Assembly (NCBI RefSeq): GCF_006345805.1
Contig: NC_043003.1
Coordinates: 34,224,001 to 34,288,000 of the forward strand
Direction of reading: 5' to 3'
Length of the DNA: 64,000 bases
From: Octopus sinensis
Taxonomy: Eukaryota
In this document: one piece after another, positions 31,036-44,344 of the stretch
Layout of the letters: each line of letters begins with the position of its first letter
Position numbering within the stretch: position 1 is the first letter of the stretch
The notes under the pieces: model-generated
Databases searched by the model: none
What the model was told of the DNA's origin: nothing
The model's input: the letters and a program-made list of their open reading frames with translations, nothing else
Position numbers and translations under genes: made by a program

Positions 31036-31386
31036 TAAATACACCTGTAAACTCAAATAACTGCAATGTATGCAAGTCAACTTAAATATGCCTGTTTTTT
31101 GATGTGTTTGCAAATATATCAATGTAAGAATGAAATAGCGCATACATACACACACACACTCACAAACACATACATGTATATGTGAGTGTGTATATGCATA
31201 ATCAATATACATATATATTTTCTTTCACACACACACATATGTATATGCGTTCGTGGATATTTAATACACAAACATGTACACACACACATGTATGTATGTA
31301 TGTAGGTTGGTAGGTATTTGTAAAGGTATATATATATACGCCTATATGTTTATATCTAGATAAAGACTATTCTATATATGCTTATA

Positions 31387-31464
<78 letters not shown>

Positions 31465-32097
31465 AATTAAATACATATATGCCTGTACAGGCACACATGT
31501 ATATATGCACAAACACAAACATATATATATATATATACATTCGTACAAGCATCTACACCCTCATTGAAACACAGTATGGGTATCTCGTTTAGTGTGGTAC
31601 CATCTAAAATACAAATTTGCATACGTAACCAAAACACGCACACTTTATTTGCATAAGCCGCTGTGTATTCATATATGTATACATATACAAATTTAAAAGT
31701 TTTCTATTGTGCTCGTCGGATACGCGTGTATATGTGTGTGTGCATTTGCTGATAACTACATAGTACAGATGCACAGACTATAAATATATGTAAGGCATAT
31801 GTACGTACGTGTATTTATGTGTATGTATATGCGAATACACACACAGAAAAATACAAACACGCATACATACATGCATGCATACATACATACATTTACACAT
31901 GTTCACATTAGTACTTTTGCCTCTTTCCCCAGCCTATAACACCTCATGTTTCCTGCAAGTATGTGCAGAGAGAACAAATTTCAAAGCAGTAACCAACAGA
32001 CTAACCAGTTGCCGACAGATAAGCTTTCTCCTAGGCCATTATTATTAATATGGCGGTTGCTTTCAACGTGGTATCGGCTGCTACACACATTCGCAAA

Positions 32098-32111
32098 GTT
32101 ACTATGGCAAC
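32098..32111. promoter_or_regulatory. RFX X-box-like motif GTTACTATGGCAAC
   Basis: One mismatch to the palindromic X-box consensus GTTRCCATGGYAAC. Lies in a non-repetitive, relatively GC/CpG-rich island (31920-32170). Confidence 0.4.
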
Positions 32112-32968
32112 TGCAGCCATTTTGCACGAACACCTATCGTCTGCGCCAACACGGATGTAGATAATATTGAATAGGTGGTGTATAGTAAGAGAAATGAAGT
32201 GAAAAGGGTGCATGATGTCTGTGCATGTGTATGAGAGGGAGAAATAGGCAGTGTACTGCGTCTATATGTGTGAAAATACGACCTGAAGAAAGGCGAAGCA
32301 TGGGAAATAAGGAAGAAAGAGAGAGAAAAGAAGAGGAAGATGTTGTAGTGATGTTGCCAAGCTTATGTATTTATCAGGGATAAATTTAGTTTGAGAAATT
32401 TTTAGACTATTGAATTATTATTGCTGTTGTTTTCTTTCTTTTTACTTTTGCTGTATTTGCTTTCTTCAATTCAACCAAGTCATTTTCTCTTTCGACATCT
32501 TTCTTTTTGTCTATTTTTTCCTTTTCATTAGGTCTTTTTAATTTTTTTGTTTTTGTTTTCTTTTAATTTTTCCTCATCTTTTCTTTACGTTCATTCTTTC
32601 TTTATTTTTACAAAATTTTTTTTATTTTCTCTAATTTTTGAGTCGTCTTTCTGTATCTCTTCCTTTCATTATTTCTCTCTCTCCTCTACCACCAGCACCA
32701 GCACCACCACCACCGCATGCCTTCTTACATTCTGTCGATGTGGCTATTTTGATTTTCATGTAACCATCGTATTCTCTTCTCTCACTTCCTATTTTGTTTC
32801 CACTCGGTAGTTCCTATAACCATTGTTGTTATTATTATTGTATTTGTTGTTGCTGTTCCTATGCTGTTGATTATGTCTATTTTTTCCCTTTCTTTTGTGT
32901 TTGTTGATGGCGTCTCCTTTTTATTATATTGTCAGATTGGAGGTGCAGTGCTGTTGCTGTTGTTGTTG

Positions 32969-33002
<34 letters not shown>

Positions 33003-33820
33003 ATGGTTGTTGTTGTTGACGTTGCTTAACTCTGTGACAATCACGTTCCAGCATAATTCTGATGACAGATGTTCCAGTTGTGACTCTCCAGTCTCACACA
33101 TATATTCAGAGGTATGCTTCCCAGAAAGGGAAAAAATCTCCCACACAATCAATTATGAAACTTCGTTCTCACCTCCCGCAACTTAATGTTAACAGCTGTT
33201 ACCAAAAATTTAGAAACTGATATATTGTGGACGTATGTCATTCAACAATGGTCCCACAACCTTGAGAAATCCAGGTGGAGTAATGTCCATTGCACTTCAC
33301 TTGGCATCAACTAGGCATTTGACCGTGATTAGTATGTGCAACTCTTGGCTAAATTATAAGCTTATTGACTCCATCCATCTCTCATCTCTTGGATCGGAAG
33401 ATTAGAGAAAGATTGTACCATTACAATATACACCAATGGAGTTATTTTTCTTTCTCTCCTACTCTCTCTCTCTCTCTCTCTCCCTCTCTTTCTTTCTCTA
33501 ATGATCAAGTGAGACCTACAGAAGAATATTTCCTTTACATACGGTACCGTTCAACAGCAACTTATACAGACGTTTTGTTAAACAAATTAAGGTCGAGTGT
33601 CAACGAAAAGGTACAAGCTTTAAGTTTTTGTTGAACATAATTATCGCACGGATCATCCTTTCGCTTTATTCTTATTGTTATAGAGCCTCCCCTTAATCGA
33701 TGTAAAGCCCCATCTGTTTGCGTGTTGTATCTCAACCTTTGATATTGTCATCCATGTTTGGCTCTTGTGTCCAATAAAAGAAATCATCATCGTCGTCGTC
33801 GTCATCGTCATCGTCATCAC

Positions 33821-33853
<33 letters not shown>

Positions 33854-34184
33854 TATTATCCTTATTATTATTATTATTATTAGAAATCGATATTATTTTT
33901 CGGGAGAGTCGATTTCTGATGAAACAGAAATAATAGAAATATTAGATTTACTTAGACTTTTTATAAAGAGTCACTATAATGTGTGCAATTTCTTTAGAGA
34001 CGGCGGAGATGTGAGCCGACGGTTATGATAAAGCCGGTACCTTGCTCTAGATGACATATGACCAGCAATGTAGACATTAAACAAGCCAATCAAAGCTATT
34101 ATCTTTAGAAATTGTGACATTCGAATGGGTAGTCCAGTATATTCATTTACTCAGTCATTTCTTCTCTAGCTGGTTGACAATGAA

Positions 34185-34503
34185 GTCGCGTGGCTTAGTG
34201 GTTAGGGTTTTCGACTCGCGATCGCAAGATCACGAGTTCAATTCCCAGCGGCGCGTTGTGTCTTTGAGCAAGACACTTTATTTTACATTTCTCCAGTGCA
34301 CTCAACTGTCAAGAATGAGTAGTACCTGTATTTCCAAGAGCCAGCTTTGTCACACTCTGTATCACACTGAATCTCCCTGAGAACTACGTCAAGACTACAT
34401 TTGTCTGTTGAGAGCTCAGCTACATGCGCGTTAATCTCACGAGCAGGCTGTTCCGTTGATCAGATTAACAGGACCCTTTGTCGTTGTAACTGACGGAGTG
34501 CCA
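34185..34503 (+). mobile_element. tRNA-derived SINE, family D (a degenerate relative lies at ~27130-27430)
   Basis: Head GCGTGGCTTAGTGGTTAGGG..GACTCGCGATC..GAGTTCAATTCCC with A/B boxes, followed by GTGTCTTTGAGCAAGACACTTTA. Confidence 0.8.
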
Positions 34504-34964
34504 GTTAATATGATTAATATATTTTGTTGCTTAGCCCCAGGACTTAGTTAATATACGACCAAAGGTTTTCTTGCTCTTTCCATGATTATCCATCCACTTC
34601 AACCAATTAGAATGCCTAAGATCGCATAATAAAGCAGTACTTATTTTCTAAAGTAGTAAGATGTTAGCTACGGGAGATATATGGCTGCTATTTCAAGAAG
34701 GGTCGAAAAACAGCGCTCAGTTTCCTAATTTTGCTTGTATCGTTCTTTTTGCTACAAGACATGCTGGTATATAAGCATCTCCATCACTAAAACTCGAGGA
34801 AATAGTGAGTGCGATATTGCTTCTTTGCATATGTGCCAATATACATATCTATCAGTCAATCTATCTATTTGATTATCCAGGTATTAATAAATACATACGT
34901 GTATATATATATGTGTGTGTATGTGTGTGTGTATGTATGTGTGTGTGTGCGTGTGTGTGTCAGA

Positions 34965-35168
34965 CCACGTGTGTATTGCTGATGATTTTCTTTCTCCGTC
35001 TTCCCTTCTTTGGACTTTTTTCTTTTTCTCTATGTTTCCGACGAAGAGCTCCGCTCGAAACGTGAGATCCTCCTTCTTTCTTTCCTTTCCTGAGCGTCCA
35101 ATAACACTACACTTATTCCTCGTCCTCGCGTTGTTGTGTTTTCTCTTTGTCCATGTTTGGATTAACTA
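34965..35168 (+). mobile_element. Short Penelope-like-element-derived repeat with hammerhead-like motif (divergent subfamily, copy 3)
   Basis: CCGACGAA-GAGC-TCC-GCTC-GAAACGT at 35038-35063, followed by the TTCCTGAGCG motif shared with copies 1 and 2. Sits between (TG)n and (TA)n tracts. Confidence 0.6.
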
Positions 35169-35182
35169 CATATATATATATA

Positions 35183-35232
<50 letters not shown>

Positions 35233-35933
35233 AAAAGACAGATAGATAGATAGATAGATAGATGGGAGAGAGAGGTGGAAGGAGAATAGAAGGAGAAAGA
35301 GAAATGTGTATAGATGTCAGTTCCATAATCTAATACATATATTAAAAAAAAGTGATTGGCCACATGCTATCATTGGCTAACATTGTAGCACCGTCGTTTA
35401 GGTTCTGATAATCTACACACCCGAAGATACACGCGAAATTCAAAGAGAATCAAAGAAGATGGGAGATGCAGGCAAAAACGAAAGAAAGAAAGAATGAAAG
35501 AAAGAGAGGAAAAGGAAAAGGGTAAAAAAGAATATACATGTATAAAATGCATAAATAAATCAATGAAAAAAAAAAGTAGAGTGAATAAGCATTGTCCACA
35601 GGATTTAATGTGTCGCTCTGTATAACTTGGCTAGCTTTTGTTAATTCTGCTGCGCTTTGCAAATAATATACAGTCTCCTGTAACATCTGAACTGGTCACT
35701 TGGAACAGCTTTATCGATCGGTAATTTTTACAATGAATCAATATTGAACTACGTGTTGTCAACCCTTTAAAAACGGTGGATATTGTTTAATACACTTTGA
35801 CATAACAATGTGGAGTGGAGTGAACCGCTGTAATACAGGATTAGCTTTGATCTGTTGCTTGCTGCTGTTGTTAATGTTATTTTTTCTTCTTTTTTCTATT
35901 GTTGTTTATTTCATTTTTCTTCTCTTCTCTTCG

Positions 35934-35934
<1 letters not shown>

Positions 35935-35994
<60 letters not shown>

Positions 35995-36048
35995 TATTAT
36001 TATTTTTATTATTATTATTACTACTATTATTATTATTATTACTACTAC

Positions 36049-36107
<59 letters not shown>

Positions 36108-36185
36108 TATTTATTATTATTATTATCATCATTATTATATTATTATTACTATTATTATTATTATTACTATTATCATTATTATTAC

Positions 36186-36219
<34 letters not shown>

Positions 36220-36231
36220 TTTATCATCATC

Positions 36232-36262
<31 letters not shown>

Positions 36263-36310
36263 ATTATTATTATTATTATTATCATTATCATTACCATCAT
36301 CATCATCATT
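35935..36310. repeat. Long (TTA)n/(TCA)n microsatellite
   Basis: Directly visible, ~375 bp. Confidence 0.95.
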
Positions 36311-36755
36311 CAGAATTTTCGAGGTCGGTCAGTTTGGCAAGTTCGTGAGTTCGCTGGACAGAGGTAAGATCGTATGTGAAACGTGTCGATTCTGAACATG
36401 CATTAAATAAATAACTGAATAGATGATGAATGTCTGAATGAATGAATGAATGAATGAATGAATGAATGAATGAATGAATGAATGGATAAACGAACTCTCC
36501 CAGTGTAACAAGAAACAATACAATTATTATCGGTGCAACATGCGTTGGGTAATGTAAGATGAAAAACTTGTATTCTGATTAGTGTTGCATGAATTTTGCA
36601 TATGGAAGCATTATGTATTATACATACGCATTTCACACGTACATAGACAGAAACACTCAAGCACACGCACACACACACACGCGCATCTTAAGCCAAACAC
36701 ACATGTGTGCGTGTGTGTGTATTTGTGTGTGTATGTGTGTATATATATACACAAA

Positions 36756-36985
36756 GGTGGCGAGCTGGCAGAGACGTTAGCTTGCCGGGCGAAATGCGTA
36801 GCCGTATTTCGTCTGCCGTTACGTTGTGAGTTCAAATTCCGCCGAGGTCGACTTTGCCTTTCATCCTTTCCAGGTCGATAAATTAAGTACCAGTTACGCA
36901 CTGGGGTCGATGTAATCGACTTAATTCGTTTGTCGGTCCTTGTTTGTCCACTCTATGTTTAGTCCCTTGTGGGTAATAAAGAAAC
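36756..36985 (+). mobile_element. SINE family B (full length)
   Basis: GGTGGCGAGCTGGCAGAGACGTTAGC...GAGTTCAAATTCCGCCGAGGTCGACTTTGCC...GGGTAATAAAGAAA. Confidence 0.9.
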
Positions 36986-37145
36986 ATATACATACACACA
37001 CACACACACACACATACACACACACACACACACACCGAAATACACTTATCAAAATACGGCAGATGTTACAGAGGAACTCAAGAGCCGAGAGTTTCGTACC
37101 GTTGGCACTTATTAAGCTGGTTTCAAATCAATGAGATTGTATATA

Positions 37146-37286
37146 TTGTAATGCCTCGATATACGAGTTAAATCGTTCCCGGAAAAGGCTCGTAAAGCGA
37201 AAACTCGTAAACCCGAAATATAACTCGTAAAAACTCGTAAACCTGTGGTCTCGTAAAACGGATCCTCGTAAAGTGAGGTATTAATG
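37146..37286. mobile_element. Tigger/pogo-like MITE
   Basis: Imperfect terminal inverted repeats (TTGTAATGCCTCGATATACGAG / CTCGTAAAGTGAGGTATTAATG) flanked by TA on both sides, with six CTCGTAAA motifs. The ends resemble CAGTAxxxCCTC Tigger-type termini. Confidence 0.65.
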
Positions 37287-38089
37287 TACCAGTTTGATAA
37301 GTACCAACGAAACTCAGGGCCTTTCAGTAACTCTGTGATTTCTGCCAAATTATTGGTAATGTACATATAGTATACTCTCATTATGTACATACTCCTGTTT
37401 TGAGTTCTGTTTTCCTATTTACATCACCAAACTTATACATATGTGTATGATCTGTTGCTTGTTTGAGTGTGTGTGTGCGCGCGCGTGTGTATGGAATCGA
37501 TTTTATAAGTTTTCGATGATGAGCATTTCACCTGCTTGATTACATGCACTATTTATTTATATTCTTGTTTTATTGGGCTGACCCGAAGCTATATTAGAGG
37601 ACACCCAAAATGTTATTCACTGGAATCAAAGTGGGGTCTCCATGATCACAAAACAAAGGAATGACTTCCTTAAATCTGTACCCTAATACACACATGCATA
37701 CATACACACGCACACACACACTTGCACATCCATCCATCTATACATACATAGATACATACACACATATGTACATACATACTTACGTACATCCTATGTAACT
37801 ATACACACATCCATTCATGAACCGCCTCTGAATATAAATGTCTTTGTGCGTACATGAAGTGTCTACATGTCAAATAGCCTTTTCAGATTAGAACTCTACA
37901 TCTAGCCAAGTAGATGGTAAATCGATTCCTATGACCGTCTGACAATTGCTAGCTTAAGCAACCGAGCTATACATACATATTACATTGAGAGATTCGCTTT
38001 GAGCTGAATCCCTTTTTGATCGCGGAGAAAATACCATTCGAAAGACTTGTGTCCTACCCCTGGTACGATCACTTTCTTATCTGCTATAG

Positions 38090-38950
38090 TCTCTTTAAAT
38101 TGGAAATGAACATCAACTGAGTAAAGGGCGGTTTGTCACTGAAAGCATAAATTGTAGATTTTCGACGTGGATGCACATCCAAAAACTTTAGGGATTGATC
38201 GAATATACCCAATGCCAGTTTTTTTTTATCGTTGGTACTAAGTTTATCAACCATGGAAAGATGGAAGGCAAAGTTCATGTAGGTGATATTTGATGTTAGA
38301 TTATCAATCAAAGCTTTTAAATGCAGAAAGGCATGTAAACCGTCACTCAACAGATTCTACCAAGCATCGCTGTTAGAAAGCATATTATAAAGTCTTCTTT
38401 CATAGAGAGAAAAAAAACCCAAAACAAACGTTTGGAGGAGAGGGAGTAGAAGATGGAGGAACAGCAGCACCAGTAGAAATATCTACTCCAGTATTCAACG
38501 ATATTTTCTTATCGATCACTGAAATAGCCTTTCTATTTTAGGCACAAGGCCTGGAATTTTATGGTAGGGAATAAGTTGATGACATCGACCACAATGCTCG
38601 ACTTGTTATTATTTTATTGACTACGAAAGGTTGAAAGGCAAAGTTGACTTCGGTGATATTAGAACTCAGAATGTAAAGACAAGCAAAATGCCTCCAAGCA
38701 TTAAACACTTGAAAGATATTTTCGTCTGCTGCTCTATTGTCGTCTTAAGAAAACACACAATAATCTTTTCTACTATAGGCACAAGGTATGAGGTTTTGTA
38801 AGGCCTACTTCACTGGTAGGTATTTCATCGACTCCGAAATGGATGAAAGAAAACGTTGACCTCGGCGGAATTTGAACTCATAATTTAAAGACGGACATAT
38901 TGTCGTTAGGCTTTGTGTCCGGAGTGCTCACAATTCAGTCAGCACACAGC
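38090..38950 (-). mobile_element. Cluster of three degenerate SINE family B-related copies (~38090-38370, 38533-38700, 38762-38950)
   Basis: Recurring GAAAGG(A/T)TGAAAGGCAAAGTTGAC(C/T)TCGG..GAACTCA motif. Confidence 0.75.
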
Positions 38951-39224
38951 CTTGCGAAAGTATATAAGAATAATAATATAATTATCGGTATTAACTGTTA
39001 CATTGATGATTTTCATCTTCCAAGGTTGATCAAAATAAACCAGGAGGAATACAATGTTGATTCATTCATTTTATATTCTCCATCCACCTCGGAAAGTCTG
39101 TCTTTTACATATTTTTTCCTAACAAACCTTATCAAGTAAATATATGAGCGTCTGGCATGCTACACACACGTTAAGTTACATAACATGCATTATGTACTGC
39201 TCATGGACATAGACAATGAATAAA

Positions 39225-39256
<32 letters not shown>

Positions 39257-39731
39257 TTCTCTCTCTCTCTTTCTCTCTCTCTCTTCCTCTCTCGCACACA
39301 CACAAGCACATACATACAGATATCTGCAGTTGCGTGATTTCTGCTCGAACAAGCGCACACATTCAAACACCCACACGTACAGGGAGATACCACCACATAC
39401 GCATATAAAGAAGTGAATTTTTTTATTTGAAAATTCTCCTGATTGCGCGCGTGTGTGAGAGAGAGAGAGCGTATGTGTGTGTGTGCGCGCGCGCATGGTC
39501 GAAATCACGGTGTAATTTTTTTCTGCAGCTAATATTTTCTCTCTCTCTCTCTCTTTCTCTCACTCTCTTTCTTGCTCAAACACTTATTCACACACTCAAT
39601 CACACACTCACTTACTCATTCACTCACTCACTTGTTCACTCACTCTTCGTTTCTTTCTCTTATGCCTAGTACGCATGTGTGCGTACTAAGAGAAACAGAC
39701 AGAAATAGAAAGACAGAAAGAGAGAGAGAGG

Positions 39732-39771
<40 letters not shown>

Positions 39772-40793
39772 TAGAGACAGAGGTACTGTTGTTATTCAGT
39801 CCCTAGTCGGCACTGATCGAGTACCTCTATATTTAAATGCATTCACTCCATGAGCATTTCGTCTTATTTGATATTTAGACTATATTTTGCAATGTATCAA
39901 ATCTAAGACGTTTGTGTACAGTCTTTTTCTTTACTTTTCTTTTTTTTTTTTTTGGCTGTGTCTTACTTTTTTGAGCACGTTTAGTAACAGTGTAGATATT
40001 CCATAGATGGATAGATAAATGGATTGCTGGCTGGCTGGCTGGCTGGCTGGCTGGATGGATGGATGGATGGATGGACAGACAGACGGACGGACGGACAGTG
40101 AGAGGGTGGCGTTTTCTATTTTAGCGATTATAGTATGCACTACTTAGCAAAGTTTTCACAATGTCGTTCATATCTATAAAATCGTTGGCTGGAGTGTTTA
40201 GAGTGCCAGGAGGTATTTAGAAGTTCGTTTCACAACCGCGTTGTTTGAGGTTCTTATTGAACGACCCCTTGAGCGAGTATTTCCTAGTGCAGTTCCCCCT
40301 GAAAACAATAGTGTTCTTGTTTATGTTGTGTTTTTCTGTACTGTGTTACTTATGTGCTAATTAAGCAAAAATCAATAAAATACATAATTGACTGAGATTG
40401 GTATCAAGACAATAAGACCGATAAAGTCACTGAAAGCGGTGCTCCAGCACCTGAATCTAGTAGAGCGGATGAAGAATTAAAAACTTATAAATATATAGAT
40501 TATAAGAGAGAGGGAGAGAGGGGAGAGATAGAGTGAGTGAGTGAGTAAGTGAGTAAGTCAGCAGAACTGACAAAGACGGCGAAATAGTGGGTGGGGATTA
40601 AAAAAGCGAAACTGAAATTGGAAACGAAATTGAAAAGAGATGGTCAGTATAAAGTGGGGCAGAAAACAGGAACAGAGACACACTTAAAGAGTAAAGAGAA
40701 AAAAAAATCAAAGCTGATAAATTAAAGCCAGGCAGGCAGAAAAGACAGAGAGTTGGAGGTAGGTTGAGCGAAGCAATAATAATAGTAGCTTAC

Positions 40794-40910
40794 CGGCAAC
40801 GGTTCTAGCCCCATTCTCATTCTTTTAGCGTTGTTGCTCTCATTTTCACAAGCCGTTGCTAGTATACCTTCAGCGGCTGCAGACGTCAGATGTGGTGGAG
40901 TCGGGCGAAG
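40794..40910 (-). CDS. Candidate internal coding exon (117 nt, phase 0-0): LRPTPPHLTSAAAEGILATACENESNNAKRMRMGLEPLP; host gene not identified
   Basis: Strong acceptor TTTTTTCTTTTTCATTCTTCGACAG| and donor CCG|GTAAGC. Length is a multiple of 3, only one frame is open, composition is non-repetitive and GC-richer than the surroundings, and it has a KRMR NLS-like motif. Confidence 0.65.
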
Positions 40911-41395
40911 CTGTCGAAGAATGAAAAAGAAAAAATAAAGTAAATTCACCCATCAATTCATAAAGTTGCAGTGTCATAACCGACACTGAGCAAATGTGCA
41001 TGTCGTTTCCATATGTGATTATAAGACTTAAAGTGGCACATACTAAACAACAACACTGGATTTTGACTGATGTAAATGTAAATAAAGCCACCTATACATA
41101 CATATACATGTTTATGAACACACACACGTTTCTATATACAAAGAAAAAACAACAAAACAAAGCGCAGTCGCTGGAGAGAATGGACTTAATGAATACTTAT
41201 AAGTTTATTCGTTTGTTGCTCGGAGTAACCCGCACGCACATGTATATATACGGAAGATCAGTCAGACAAAATATGGGAGATGAAGTTGTCTCTGCCTTGC
41301 TCAAAGCAGGTCGACGCTCGTTAATAAGCCAAGTCTCAAGAAGCATCATCTAGCTGGATTTGTAGAAGGCTGTAAACATTGCTGACTAGAAGGCG

Positions 41396-41770
41396 ACAAC
41401 TTGTAAGGTTGTGACCCAATCTTAAGCTATAGTCTTCAAAAGGTAATTACACTACTACCTGTTAAACCTGATAACTTTGTAACTGAAAGTATTAACCTTC
41501 GACTTTCAGACGTCTGGAAGATGTTTAGGACAAACCTCTTCCAGTGTCAGAGGTTATACATAACCTCTAATCTCTGGTTAAGTGATCTCCTTTGCAGCTT
41601 AAAGTATCTGGAACTTTTCAGTTAGATAGAGTCTGCAGTTTCGTGATCCACTGAAGCATAAAGTAGATTCACTGACATTACTTTACGCATTTGAAGATCC
41701 TTGATCTCGAAGTGTCAAGAGGATCTGGAAAACGGGACAAGAAGTTTTCCTTGTCGTTTGACCTAAATGC
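41396..41770. other. Dense array of about ten consecutive short hairpins
   Basis: For example CTGAAAGT/ACTTTCAG, CTGGAAGA/TCTTCCAG, AGAGGTTAT/ATAACCTCT, TAAAGTA/TACTTTA, AGATCCT/AGGATCT and GACAAG/CTTGTC. Confidence 0.75.
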
Positions 41771-41980
41771 ATTAAGATAATAGAATATACACTATTTCAA
41801 AGAGTCCGCTGTTATTGCAATGTAATTTTTTTCTATATCTCAAGGGTTGTGACACATAAGACACCTTGAGTGGACAGATGAATGGAATTTGATAGTTGCG
41901 GGTTGGATGTTGTGTGTGTGTGAGAGAGAGAGAGAGAGTGTGTGTGTGTATATATATACATACAGACACATACATACATA

Positions 41981-42063
<83 letters not shown>

Positions 42064-42090
42064 GTATGTATGTATGTATATGTATGTATG

Positions 42091-42122
<32 letters not shown>

Positions 42123-42811
42123 AATATATATATATACATGAACATAGATTGTAACGAGCACTCCATGCCACCGTGAGAGTGAGTTTGGAAATTTAAAGTT
42201 TAAATAACGACATGCGGCTCCAAACAGATCTGTGTGTTTGTGTGCGTGCGTGTGCGCACGCGTGTAAGTGGAAAGGGTGTGTGAGTGCGTGTGTGAGTGT
42301 GTGTGCATGCGTGTGTGCGCGTGTGCGCGTGCGCATTTGTGTGCAAGAGAGAGGTTAAATATAAAAAAAAATTAATCAAAAAATCTTGAAACACGAAAAG
42401 CAAAAAAAAAAAAATAAAATAGAATAAAAACGATACAATAAAAATAAAAGAAAGAAAAAAATATCCAATGATAGAAAGATAAAAACAAATGAAATATCTT
42501 CCAATTATCTCCGATACTCAATTAATGAACTAACTATAAGGTGAAAAATAAAACAGATAACACCAACAAAAACAACATCCATTACAATAGTAAATACAAC
42601 AACGACAAACGCGAAAACTTCAACAATATGGCGTTCGAACAGTCACCTTCTGTGTTTGTCATTTTGCTTCCTCTCTCCACAAATATGTCTCCTACCCCAA
42701 TATCACATTCGAATGATTCCTTGTATTTTCTCTTTCCTTTACTCCCTCTTCCTCACTCGACTCTCTTTCAATCTCTATCTATCTGTCTATCTATCTATAT
42801 ATTATATATAT

Positions 42812-42859
<48 letters not shown>

Positions 42860-43651
42860 TATCTATTTGTCTGTCTATCAATCTATCTACCTAAGTGTGT
42901 CTTTCGAATTGTGTGAATGTACATACGCATCTATCTGTTTATGTATGTCTTTAAACACACACACACACAAACACACACACACCACACACACACACACACA
43001 TACACAAACACATACACACACAAACACACACACAAGTATGTATTCCAGTTGGTTTTTGTGAATATTTTACACAATTTTTCGCGTTCGTTTCTCTGTGTGT
43101 GTGTGTGTGTGTGTGTGCATATGCGGGTGTGTGTGTGACTAAGCGCGTGTAAATGTGCGTGTGTGTGTGTGTGTGTGTGTGCGTGTGTGTGTGCATGTGT
43201 GTGTACCTGAATTTGACTTCTAGCATTTTTTGCTGTCATTTATTCATTTAATTTTGCTTCCTCTCCGTCCATTCTTTTTTTAGTTGGTTTCTTTCAGCAC
43301 CACCACCACCGCAACAACAACAACAACCACCGCCACCACCACCACAACCACCACCACCACCATCACCACCACCACGGGAATAACCACCAACGCCACAACC
43401 ACAACCGCTACCAGTACCACCACCACCACCACCACCATCATCATCAGCATCACCACGTGTTCTTTATATGTTATCATTGTCTGACTGATGTGGTAAACAG
43501 TGAATTTGTCCAGCAATACATTTAATTCAGTTCGGGATGAGATCCTTGTATAAAACACTTTTATTCCTATATGTCTATAATTTTTTTTTTCTCCTTCTTA
43601 TTCTTTTAAATTTCTTTGTTATTACATGTTTGCATATATATTTCATTACTG

Positions 43652-43691
<40 letters not shown>

Positions 43692-44262
43692 GCTGCTTCA
43701 ACATTAAGTTCTGAAACACACACAAGCATACACTCATAAAAACACACACACATGCACACATACACATTCAACCAACCAACCAACCAGCCAGCCAACCAAC
43801 CAACCAACCAACCAACCAACCAACGTCCACCATTTTTACCTTTAGTTATTTCAATCCTTATCAGTAATTTTCTCTTACCGAAGGGGGCAACCATTTTTAA
43901 CAACTCAAGATTACAATCATTTTGTTCAATGACAAAGAATGTAAAACACACACACACACACACACAAATACATTTGCACGCGCACACGCACACACACACA
44001 CACACATACACACATATATGAATCTGCTGAAGTAAGTGCACACATATCTTTTATATGCATGTACACACAAAAAAAAAAAAATTCACTAAAAATACATTCA
44101 CCTACATTATAACAAGCAGACCCACAGAAACATATACTGACACCGAAACAGACATACACGAATAAAGCATATGTGTGTGTGAGTGTATACATATATATAC
44201 ATACGCACGCATAATATGTATATAAGTATAATATACATGTATACATATCTATGTATATATAT

Positions 44263-44299
<37 letters not shown>

Positions 44300-44344
44300 C
44301 ATATATGTATATATATGTATATATATATATATATATACATATAT

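Noticed and set aside
37189-37272. Regularly recurring CTCGTAAA motif with spacers (CRISPR-like look)
   Set aside because: An 8-bp motif inside a Tigger-like MITE in a eukaryotic genome; these are subterminal repeats, not an array.
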